64,000 nt of DNA from Candidatus Latescibacterota bacterium (GTDB taxonomy: Bacteria > Latescibacterota > UBA2968 > UBA8231), in the NCBI GenBank assembly GCA_965217585.1, contig OZ244561.1, positions 416,001-480,000 of the forward strand, read 5' to 3'. Made by a program: the position numbers and the translations under genes. The notes under the pieces are model-generated. The model worked only from the letters and a program-made list of their open reading frames with translations, was not told the origin of the DNA and made no database searches. This document shows, one piece after another, positions 55,973-64,000 of this stretch. The stretch's first letter is position 1; each line of letters opens with the position of its first letter.

Positions 55973-57334
55973 TTATTGAGTAAATTGGGTCACGTTGGCG
56001 ATCCCACCCGGCTGGGTCAACGCATAGACGATTAGGTTGACCCCGAACTGCAACCCGCGCTCTCGTGCATCGGCTAGGGGATCTCCCCAGTACCAGCTAA
56101 TATTTAGGTCGCTGAAGACCACCGCAACCCGACCACGCAGTTCCAGCATCTCCAAGTCGAAAACATTGCCAGCGGGTGCGCCACCCATCGGCGGACCATC
56201 GGGGAAATCCCAGAAGCTATAGTAGAGTGGATGACTCTTGGGCACTTTTTGCCACTTGGAGCCGTCGCTACCCAGCACCAGCGGATCTTTCATCAGGGCC
56301 TTGAACTGGCGGTCAAACGGCGTACCCGAAACCCCGGCTTCCTTGCCGGCAAGTCCGTTATCAGCGTCGCTTTGGCGGATCTCCTCGGCATAGAGAAAAC
56401 CACCGTTCTTGAGATATTCGCCTAGGTTGGTCTTCTCTGTATCGCTGATTTGCAAGACGGCATCGTTGCCCGTCACGTAAAGCATGGGGGCGTCCATGAT
56501 GCGCGGATCCGAAAATTCCAAGGTCGTGCCCTCAATGCGGGCATTGATTTCGGTATGGTCGCGCATATAGCGCATCAACTCCTCTACCGCAGTTGGGAAT
56601 CGATCGCGGTTCTTGTCTGCGATATCGTAGTCGATGACCGTCATGTTAAAGAAGCCACGTATAGCACGTTTATTGTCTGGATCCTGAATCAAGATCGCTT
56701 GGTAGCGACCGATGTCCAAGTCGCCGACATTGAGCAGTTCGTGCTTCAGGCTCAGCGCCTCTTGCACCGGGGCCGACGTTTCGCCCAGTTCGACCATCTC
56801 GACATCGTCGAAGGCGAAATCTTGGGCCTTGGCACCTGAAAAGGCACCCAAGACCTGCGTACCAGGCAAGACCGAACTCAGCAGGTCGCTACCTACCGCG
56901 CTAACATCAGCTATCGCCGATATATCCTGCGGCAAATCCGGCGGTGCCATCGACTGTAGCATCTCCATCTGCACTTCGGATATCTCGGGACGCTTGGCTA
57001 GATCGAAGTTCTTTTCGAGAATTGGCGGAGGAGCGCGGAAGATAATTAGCGACTCCTTTTTCTCTTCTACGCCAATGCCAAAGAGATAATCATAAACGAA
57101 GACGCCAGCGTGGATGGATACCGAGAGGACAAAGGCCACGCTCATGCTCAGCCGGCGGCCGGTGGTAGCCGTATATAGGGCGTATAACAGTACCCCAACA
57201 CCCGCCAAGCCGGCGGCGATCACCACCCACTTGGATAGGATGAAAAGCACGTGAATGATAAAGGCCGCGCCGACCGCTATATAGGCCGTTTTTTTGCGTT
57301 GGGCCTGTACTACTTTTTTATACTCGTCTACCAC
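55973..57334 (-). CDS. Membrane-anchored DUF4159-domain protein with a TonB-like SxxxH helix
   Basis: Three N-terminal TM segments incl. VLSVSIHAG; C-terminal PMLYVTG..EKTNLGEYLKNGGFLYA..HPLY..GRVAVVFS..GVNLIVYALT. Confidence 0.75.
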   Translation of the reverse strand: MVDEYKKVVQAQRKKTAYIAVGAAFIIHVLFILSKWVVIAAGLAGVGVLLYALYTATTGRRLSMSVAFVLSVSIHAGVFVYDYLFGIGVEEKKESLIIFRAPPPILEKNFDLAKRPEISEVQMEMLQSMAPPDLPQDISAIADVSAVGSDLLSSVLPGTQVLGAFSGAKAQDFAFDDVEMVELGETSAPVQEALSLKHELLNVGDLDIGRYQAILIQDPDNKRAIRGFFNMTVIDYDIADKNRDRFPTAVEELMRYMRDHTEINARIEGTTLEFSDPRIMDAPMLYVTGNDAVLQISDTEKTNLGEYLKNGGFLYAEEIRQSDADNGLAGKEAGVSGTPFDRQFKALMKDPLVLGSDGSKWQKVPKSHPLYYSFWDFPDGPPMGGAPAGNVFDLEMLELRGRVAVVFSDLNISWYWGDPLADARERGLQFGVNLIVYALTQPGGIANVTQFTQ

Positions 57335-57371
57335 AGTTCTTCCCCCTCTTGGAAGGGCCTAGAAACCTCAC

Positions 57372-57779
57372 TTAGTTGCGCTGCGGTTCCGTGGCGATGA
57401 CCTGATCGATGACACCCACTTGGCGAGCGATATCCATAATCTGGACGATTTGCCCGTGCGTGGAGCGCTCGTCTCCTTGGATGATGAGCATCGTGGTGTT
57501 GTCCAGCAGTTGTCTCTTCGCCTGCAATTCCTCTTTAAGGGTTGCAAAGGTCACCGACTTGTGGTTCAGCTTCATGTTACCGTCCTGATCCACGACGATA
57601 AAGAGGTTCTCCTTCTCCGGAGCCTGAGCCTCTTCGGACTCGGGCAATTTGATATCCAAACCCGGAGTGATGGCAAACACTGCGGTCACCATGAAGAAGA
57701 TGAGTAGCTGAAAGACCACGTCAATCATCGGCGTCAGATCGGGCATGGCCAGTTCTTTTTTTTCTACTCTCTCAGCCAT
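57372..57779 (-). CDS. exbD: ExbD/TolR biopolymer transporter
   Basis: DLTPMIDVVFQLLIFFMV, IKLPES, IQGDERSTHG.IV.IMD. Confidence 0.92.
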   Translation of the reverse strand: MAERVEKKELAMPDLTPMIDVVFQLLIFFMVTAVFAITPGLDIKLPESEEAQAPEKENLFIVVDQDGNMKLNHKSVTFATLKEELQAKRQLLDNTTMLIIQGDERSTHGQIVQIMDIARQVGVIDQVIATEPQRN

Positions 57780-57810
57780 TTTATCTCATGCCTCCTAAGA
57801 AGAGCCGCCC

Positions 57811-58464
57811 TTAGGCAGCCTGAGTGCCTTGCCAGCGGCGCAGCAGGGCGTCCACAAAACCGTGGCCGTATGCTTCAAACTCAACGGCCTTGCCTGTGGC
57901 GCGGTTGCTAAAGTACGTGAAGATGGCGATTGAAGGCACGGCGATCACCAGACCGGTAACTGTGGTGATCAGTGCTTCGGAAATACCTGCGGCGACGATC
58001 GTCGGCTCACCGAGACCCTTTTCCGCAATACCTTCAAAAGCGTTGATCATACCGTTGACCGTACCCAGCAGGCCGAGCAACACCACGGATTTGGACACGA
58101 AGTCGATAACGGCTAGATACCGTTCGAGATACCCCAAGGCGGCGCGTTCAACCGTGCCGTTCATTTCCTCGCGCATCTCCTCCATCGTGCGTTGCTCGCG
58201 CGACAAGTGCTCAAAGCGCTCGAGCCCCTCGCCGTACACCTCGCCTTCGAGCTTGCCGACTTCAGCGCAGTATTCCTTGAGTTGGTCAATGGAAGCACCC
58301 GAGTCTATACGCGCGTTGACGTCGTTGGTGATTTCGGCCAATTCGTCCTCGGAGCGCAGCCGTGCATACGTCCAAATGCGCTCGAGAAAGAACGCAATGG
58401 AAAGCATAGACCAGAGCCCCAAAGGCCACATGAAAGGTCCGCCTTCTTGAAACAGTTCAATCAT
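57811..58464 (-). CDS. exbB: MotA/TolQ/ExbB proton channel
   Basis: GGPFMWPL, LGLLGTVNGMINAF, AAGISEALITTVTGLVIAVP. Confidence 0.92.
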   Translation of the reverse strand: MIELFQEGGPFMWPLGLWSMLSIAFFLERIWTYARLRSEDELAEITNDVNARIDSGASIDQLKEYCAEVGKLEGEVYGEGLERFEHLSREQRTMEEMREEMNGTVERAALGYLERYLAVIDFVSKSVVLLGLLGTVNGMINAFEGIAEKGLGEPTIVAAGISEALITTVTGLVIAVPSIAIFTYFSNRATGKAVEFEAYGHGFVDALLRRWQGTQAA

Positions 58465-58507
58465 TTTCTTTATCCCTCCTTAAGTTAGGACGCAAAGAAA
58501 TCTAAGG

Positions 58508-61500
58508 TTATAGGACGCGAGCTTCCTGCATTACCTCTAGCTGTTCTCTGGCATAGTCCACCTGCGTCACGTACTTGGGGTTGTCGCCATAGTTGTCGAC
58601 AACTTCCTGAAAGACGGCACCGGCTTGGCGGAATTCCTCTTGTTTCATATAGGCGGCACCGATGTTGACCAGTGAGTTGACAGCTTGGTCGCTCTTGGGG
58701 TACTTCTGCCGCACCTCCTCGAAGATCGCCATTGCCTCGTCGAAATTGTCCTCAGCTAAGAGCTTTTCGCCCGTTGCATAAAGATTATAGGCGTCGATCT
58801 CAGCCAAATGTCCGAGCAGGGTCCTTGCCTTTTTTGGCAGCGCTCGATCTTGGGCAATCAGCTTGTCAGCGGGAAAGCGCTCCAAGAAAGTCTGGTAGCT
58901 CTCGGTGGCCTTCTCGTAATCCTTGAGGCCGTAATAGTAATCTCCGAGCGTAAATTGGCTGCGTGCCCCATAAGTACCATCGGGATATTCAGCGACGATT
59001 CGCTCAAAGACCGGCACCGCTTCTTCCTTGCGATCGAGGTTGATCAGGCACCAAGCCTTGTTGTAGAGCGCGTCGTCCGCATGGCTCGACCTAGCATAGC
59101 GCTTAATGATTCGGTCATAGAAGACCATGGCATCTAGGAAGTTCTGGTTTTTGTCCTCTAGGCCGCTCCTGTTGGTCATGTTAAATAGGGCATCGCCAGC
59201 GCGAAAAAGCGCCTCAGATGCATAGTGGGACTGCGGATAATTATCTGCTAGGCTAGCAAAAATATCGCTCGCAACGCGCCATTTACCCATCCGATAATGC
59301 GCCCAAGCATCGTAGTAATAGGCATGCACAGCGCGTTCATCCTCGGGATATTGAGTGTAATAGGTATTAAACGCCTTTGACATCGCTGGTAGCACATCGA
59401 CATTGCCGTTAGCCGATAGCCTGTTATAAGCTACGCCGATTTGGAACTGGGCGTTTTTGGCCCAAGCAATCTGCGGATAGTTTTCGATGATGGTGTTATA
59501 AGTGGCAATCGCTTGGACGAACTGCTCCGACCTGTAGAAGCAGTTGCCTTGGACAAAGAGCGCGTTGGCAATGCTCTCGGCATTGATGGCCAAGTCGATT
59601 AGCTCCTGAGCCGCTTCAATACTCTGCTGGAACTTATCCAGTTTGAAGTAGGCATTGGCCAAGCGAACGAGTAAGCGCTCCCGGTCTTCGCTAGAGGTAG
59701 TAGTAGCCAACATCTCCTCGTAGATGCGCACCGCTTCCTCTGGATTGCCCTTCTTTTCGGCCATTGAGATCTTCTGCAGCCGCGCCGAACGCACCAAGCT
59801 CTCGTCTCCTGAAGCAATGACCTCGTTCAGCAGCTTCTCCGCTTCGTCGTCGCTGCCTTCCGCAGAGTACGAGAGCGCCATCGAGAACGAGACCTTTAAC
59901 TGCATCGCCTTGGGGATCTTGGTGTCCAATAGCCACTTGTAATCGACCAGCGCGCGGTCGTAACGGCCCGAATAGTGGTAGGCCAATCCACGGCCATAGC
60001 GGGTGTCGCGAATGACAATGACATCGCTTTCTGGGTACTCTTCAAGCACCATGGTATAACGCTCAACTGCGTCGACGTAGTTTTTATTGTTGAGGTCGAG
60101 TTGGGCCATCTGGAAATGCGCCCTAGCCTCCAAATCGCGGTCGCCGGTCACGCCTTCCAGCAATTGATTGAGCAGTACACGTCCCTCGGTGATGCGATCT
60201 TGAGAAATGTAGATGTTGGCCGCCTCAATCAACGCGGCGATGTACGTCTCGCGGGCATCGCGATCAACCTTGGAAAAAGCAGCGATGGCCTCGTCTTTCT
60301 GCTCTTCGTCTCGGTAGAGAATACCAAGGCCATAGTATGCATCGGCCGTATGACGCGTATCTTGATAGCTCTCCGTTATAGCCTTGTAGGCCTCAATGGC
60401 CTCCTCAACCTTCTGCTGCTCGTAGCTGAGCCGGGCGATGCGCAACAGGCACAACGGCGCTTGGTCTGAGCGGGGGAAGTTGTCCACCGCCTGCGTGTAG
60501 CTCGCAATAGCTTGGTCCGCCACGCCGATTTTTTCGGCAGACCAGCCTGCGCTGTAGAGCGCTGCAGAGCGCAAACCCGTCTCGCTATCTGGGTAATCCG
60601 CCAGCAGTTTTAGGTAGTCTTCACGGGCAGCGGCATAGTCTGCGGCGAAGTACTTGGCTTCGCCTTTCTGATACTGAGCGTTGGCCGGATAAGGCGTATC
60701 CCCATAGAGTTCAATTACTTGGTTGTAAGCGGTCCACGCCTCGTCGAACTTATCCCACTCCATGTAGTTGTCACCGATTCTCATCTGCACTTTGGCCTTG
60801 TAAAAGCGCTCCTCGGCCGTTTCTTGGGCCGCGATCAACTCTTGGTAGGCTTGCTCGAACTGGTCTGTTTTGCGGAATATCTCAGCGACGCGCAACGAGG
60901 ATGTCTCGAAGAGCTCTCGATAGTTTTCAAAATCGACATTCTTACCTTCGCGAAACGAGCCGCGCAAGAGTTCAAACATCCGATCATAGAGGTTGCGTAC
61001 ATCGCGGTAGGCTTTAATCGCCTCCGCGTCACGTCCCATCTGGTCATAGGCTCTAGCCTTCAGGTATAGGGCTTGGGCAATGACCGGACTATTGGGATAC
61101 TTGTCGAGGACTATCTGGGTCATATCAACGGCTTTGCCGTATTCGCCCTTCTCGTAGAGAGCACTGGCGATGCGGTACTGGGAATCCGGAGCATAGCGAT
61201 CTTGCGGGTATGCCGCCAACATGCCGTTGAGCGTTTCGATGGACTGGTCGTATTCTTTTGTGTTAAACTCGCTCCAACCCGCATAAAAGTACGCTTTGCC
61301 AGCTTCCCTTGTCTCAGGAAACAACTCGACATAGCGCTTGTATTCCTTTGCTGACTCGCTGTACTCTTTGGCGAAGAAGCGGGTCTCGGCGACTTGGAAC
61401 TGCACCAATGACTTGAAATCCTCGGTTACAACAGTCCCTACATCAATAACTTGGCGATAGGCCTCCACCGCTTTTTCGTGTTGCCCACTCTTCTTGTAGG

Positions 61501-61762
61501 CATTGCCTAGCTGATACCAAGCCGCCGCGACTACGGGCAATTCCAGGTCCCTGCCAAACGTCACCCGTACACTATCGGTGCGCACGGCCCTGCTGTCGAA
61601 TTTGACGATCTTTGAGTACTCAATGATCGCCCCTTCAAACTCGCCAAGGGCGTAGAGAGATTGTCCGGCGTCAAAACTGGTCTTCAGATTTTGCGGCACC
61701 GGTAGGAAAAGGCTAGCTCCTAGCCCCAATCCCAGCGCGATAAGTCCAGCCCAGACCGTCAT
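58508..61762 (-). CDS. Large exported TPR protein (BamD/CpoB-type repeats), 1084 aa
   Basis: N-terminal hydrophobic segment; many units of the form YP.S..A..A.(Y/F)..G..(Y/F). Confidence 0.88.
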   Translation of the reverse strand: MTVWAGLIALGLGLGASLFLPVPQNLKTSFDAGQSLYALGEFEGAIIEYSKIVKFDSRAVRTDSVRVTFGRDLELPVVAAAWYQLGNAYKKSGQHEKAVEAYRQVIDVGTVVTEDFKSLVQFQVAETRFFAKEYSESAKEYKRYVELFPETREAGKAYFYAGWSEFNTKEYDQSIETLNGMLAAYPQDRYAPDSQYRIASALYEKGEYGKAVDMTQIVLDKYPNSPVIAQALYLKARAYDQMGRDAEAIKAYRDVRNLYDRMFELLRGSFREGKNVDFENYRELFETSSLRVAEIFRKTDQFEQAYQELIAAQETAEERFYKAKVQMRIGDNYMEWDKFDEAWTAYNQVIELYGDTPYPANAQYQKGEAKYFAADYAAAREDYLKLLADYPDSETGLRSAALYSAGWSAEKIGVADQAIASYTQAVDNFPRSDQAPLCLLRIARLSYEQQKVEEAIEAYKAITESYQDTRHTADAYYGLGILYRDEEQKDEAIAAFSKVDRDARETYIAALIEAANIYISQDRITEGRVLLNQLLEGVTGDRDLEARAHFQMAQLDLNNKNYVDAVERYTMVLEEYPESDVIVIRDTRYGRGLAYHYSGRYDRALVDYKWLLDTKIPKAMQLKVSFSMALSYSAEGSDDEAEKLLNEVIASGDESLVRSARLQKISMAEKKGNPEEAVRIYEEMLATTTSSEDRERLLVRLANAYFKLDKFQQSIEAAQELIDLAINAESIANALFVQGNCFYRSEQFVQAIATYNTIIENYPQIAWAKNAQFQIGVAYNRLSANGNVDVLPAMSKAFNTYYTQYPEDERAVHAYYYDAWAHYRMGKWRVASDIFASLADNYPQSHYASEALFRAGDALFNMTNRSGLEDKNQNFLDAMVFYDRIIKRYARSSHADDALYNKAWCLINLDRKEEAVPVFERIVAEYPDGTYGARSQFTLGDYYYGLKDYEKATESYQTFLERFPADKLIAQDRALPKKARTLLGHLAEIDAYNLYATGEKLLAEDNFDEAMAIFEEVRQKYPKSDQAVNSLVNIGAAYMKQEEFRQAGAVFQEVVDNYGDNPKYVTQVDYAREQLEVMQEARVL

Positions 61763-61819
61763 TTGTGCATCTCCTTGTCTAGGTTCCTAGTTTGGAGTTC
61801 ATCGGGGCTTTCTTTGCTG

Positions 61820-62755
61820 TTAGAATTCATAGGCAAAGGAAAACCGGTGCGCACCATTGGTCTCGGTCAGATCCAAGCCGATGTCATAGGCATAGTCGAA
61901 CATCAACTGGTTCCACTGATAGCCCAACCCCGCATTCAACCCCCCACCGGCGTCCTCAGACAACAAACGACGACCCCCCGCCCGCAACAACAACCCCTCC
62001 ACTAACTGCGTCTCCCCCCCAACAACCAACCCCTGATCCGATCCCTCCCCCGTCAAATCCCGACGCACGTATTGCACCGACACCAACGACTGACTGCTCA
62101 GACGATACCCCACCCCCACATGCACATCCATGGGCAACATACCCGCATCCGCGTCTCCTTCAACCTCACCATACGCCACATTCGGCTGATTGATATTCTT
62201 CAACAACACCCCCACCTGCGCCCCTTGCACCGGACTCTGCCACAGCAAACCCAAATCCACGCCTACGTTGCCTGCACTCTGGTTTGACAGCGGGTCGGGA
62301 CGCCCATCATCGTCGGGAATTGCCCCCACACTCCAAAACAAATACTTGGCCGACACCCCCACCTGAAGCCGACGCTGCACCTGATACGACAGCGACACAA
62401 ACGCCCCGTTCTCGCTCATCAGCGACGAGCCAATCCGCTCATAGCCCAAGCCCAAGCCCATCTTGTCGCCCAAAGGCTGCGCATAGGAAACCACGTGCTG
62501 ACCCAGATCGTCGCCTTCGATGCCCGCATACAGCAGCGACACGTTGGTGTAGGCCACCTGACGCTGCGCCACCTGACCTAACCCCGCCGGATTGGCAAAC
62601 ACCGCATCCGCGTTGTCGGCCACCGCCACAAAGCTGTTGCCCAACCCCTGGGCCCGTGCCCCCGAGCCGACATTCTGAATGTTGACGACCCCCTCGCTTG
62701 GTTGAGCGACGAACAGCAAGCCGACTAAAACACTAAGCATTTTCAGAGATTTCAT
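61820..62755 (-). CDS. PorV/PorQ/PorP-like outer-membrane beta-barrel
   Basis: Signal peptide; GARAQGLGNSFVAVADNADAVFANPAGL (FadL/PorV-type N-terminus); terminal HRFSFAYEF beta-signal. Confidence 0.75.
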   Translation of the reverse strand: MKSLKMLSVLVGLLFVAQPSEGVVNIQNVGSGARAQGLGNSFVAVADNADAVFANPAGLGQVAQRQVAYTNVSLLYAGIEGDDLGQHVVSYAQPLGDKMGLGLGYERIGSSLMSENGAFVSLSYQVQRRLQVGVSAKYLFWSVGAIPDDDGRPDPLSNQSAGNVGVDLGLLWQSPVQGAQVGVLLKNINQPNVAYGEVEGDADAGMLPMDVHVGVGYRLSSQSLVSVQYVRRDLTGEGSDQGLVVGGETQLVEGLLLRAGGRRLLSEDAGGGLNAGLGYQWNQLMFDYAYDIGLDLTETNGAHRFSFAYEF

Positions 62756-62790
62756 AATGCCAACTCCTCCTTGGTGGTCTCGCTTAAAGG

Positions 62791-63534
62791 CTAGTTTGCC
62801 TTAGCGACTTTAGGAACGACCGTGCCGTCCTTGTAAATCTTGCCGATATCTCGGACGAATTTATAGGAAATATTGGTGGTCTCCACCGGCTCGTTGCGAA
62901 AGTCAAATCGCAGGATTACGTCGAGCACTTGGACTTCGATATCACTCACGTCGGGGTGGAGCACGGGAAAAATGACAAAGCCTTCCGCCTCTTGGCCGCT
63001 GAAGATCTCCTCGTCTTTGAGCATCGTCCTCCGCAGCAAGTCGCGGCGCTCCTGGTAGCGAGCATATTCGTTGCCCCTATAGCCTATGGCATAGGCGCGA
63101 TAATAAGTATCGAGTTGCTCGAAGTTGAGACTCCAATACTCGCGATTATTGCTCGCTTTGACGACGATTTTGCTCGGATCGATTTTGACTTTGGGGTAGG
63201 CGTAATTCTTAATGCTGAGACGGAAGACGGTGAATCGCTGTTTTTCTTCGTCTGTCCCCCAAAATATCGTGTTGCCAAAGGTATAGGGGTTTGTAGACTT
63301 AGGACCCGCTTGGGAATTGTTGAAAAACTGGCGGTTCAACTCCTCGTCGGTCATCGGCTTGAGTCTCACTTCAAAGCGATCCTGGGCAAAGGTCAAGGTC
63401 CCATCATCTGCCACGCTGATCGACGAGGCTTGATGTTGGCCAGGCTGCAATGGGCCCGTGTAATAGCTATATCCACAGCCCAGCAAACCCGAGCCGATAA
63501 TCAAGGCCAAGCATAACACTCTTGTAACCATCAT
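62791..63534 (-). CDS. Hypothetical lipoprotein
   Basis: LLGC lipobox; overlaps the stop of the upstream gene. Confidence 0.7.
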   Translation of the reverse strand: MMVTRVLCLALIIGSGLLGCGYSYYTGPLQPGQHQASSISVADDGTLTFAQDRFEVRLKPMTDEELNRQFFNNSQAGPKSTNPYTFGNTIFWGTDEEKQRFTVFRLSIKNYAYPKVKIDPSKIVVKASNNREYWSLNFEQLDTYYRAYAIGYRGNEYARYQERRDLLRRTMLKDEEIFSGQEAEGFVIFPVLHPDVSDIEVQVLDVILRFDFRNEPVETTNISYKFVRDIGKIYKDGTVVPKVAKAN

Positions 63535-64000
63535 TCAGAAACTCCTCTGTGGTACAGCTCTGTGTACAAAGAGGCTTTCAAGCGCCCCCAAGACCTCGGC
63601 TCCACAGCCGTCACTTGAAAAGTACCCTCTAGCGGCATCAGGATCAAGTCGGTGAAGCGATCAGAAAAACGATTCGAGTTGTATTGGCCCGAAAGCGACC
63701 ACTTAGCATCAAAAAGCTCTGAATGCACATCAAAATCGTTGAACTCTACGTTAAAACCAAGGATTTCACCTTCCCGCAAGAGGTGCTCTTCGCTTTGAAA
63801 GACCGCATTGATATCGACGCGGTCAAAGGGCACAAGCATGACTTCGTAGTTCGTCACTCCCTCTCCTCCCAAGACACCTACAAACTCGACCGCCGCCCTA
63901 GTATAAGGTCCGTCGGATAATGCGTACCAAACGGCGGCGGACCAATTAACGAAAAAATCCTCATCGGGCGGCGGACCAGCCAAAACGAAGTGGTTGGCTT
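63531..64000 (-). CDS. 3' part of a CBM9/DOMON-like protein with a TAV...SWGRLK tail, truncated by the window edge
   Basis: YEVMLVPF...LREGEILGFNVEFNDFD pattern; TAVEPRSWGRLK. Confidence 0.6.
   Translation of the reverse strand, partial: ANHFVLAGPPPDEDFFVNWSAAVWYALSDGPYTRAAVEFVGVLGGEGVTNYEVMLVPFDRVDINAVFQSEEHLLREGEILGFNVEFNDFDVHSELFDAKWSLSGQYNSNRFSDRFTDLILMPLEGTFQVTAVEPRSWGRLKASLYTELYHRGVSE

Overview
GC-rich bacterial window. The gene content (FG-GAP/ASPIC-UnbV proteins, many secreted proteins ending in an FTPNGDG...DLAGR FlgD-Ig domain, SWGxLK-tailed proteins, PhyH dioxygenase, BNR sialidases, a PorV-like barrel) suggests an FCB-related candidate phylum such as Latescibacterota; this is an inference. 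The only clear core gene is aroA. Main observations: (1) an intact IS110 element (2451-3638) whose left end reads as a bridge RNA. All four guide segments match its own target and donor junctions, and circularisation creates a sigma70-like promoter. It sits in a REP/dRS3-like palindrome that is itself inside a small MITE, and a second, empty copy of the MITE at 34797-34879 confirms the boundaries. (2) Seven paralogs of one secreted discoidin-like/FlgD-Ig family: a divergent pair sharing a 155-bp inverted repeat, a copy split at a poly-G tract, and a 4-gene mosaic tandem array with Cys-anchored hypervariable loops. (3) An operon of PorV-like barrel, giant TPR protein, ExbB, ExbD and a DUF4159 protein with a TonB-type SxxxH helix, which could be an ExbBD-powered T9SS-like system. 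(4) Two toxin-antitoxin modules, a decayed IS4 and several deletion pseudogenes. No rRNA, tRNA, CRISPR array or reverse transcriptase was seen. All family assignments come from motif recognition, not from database searches.
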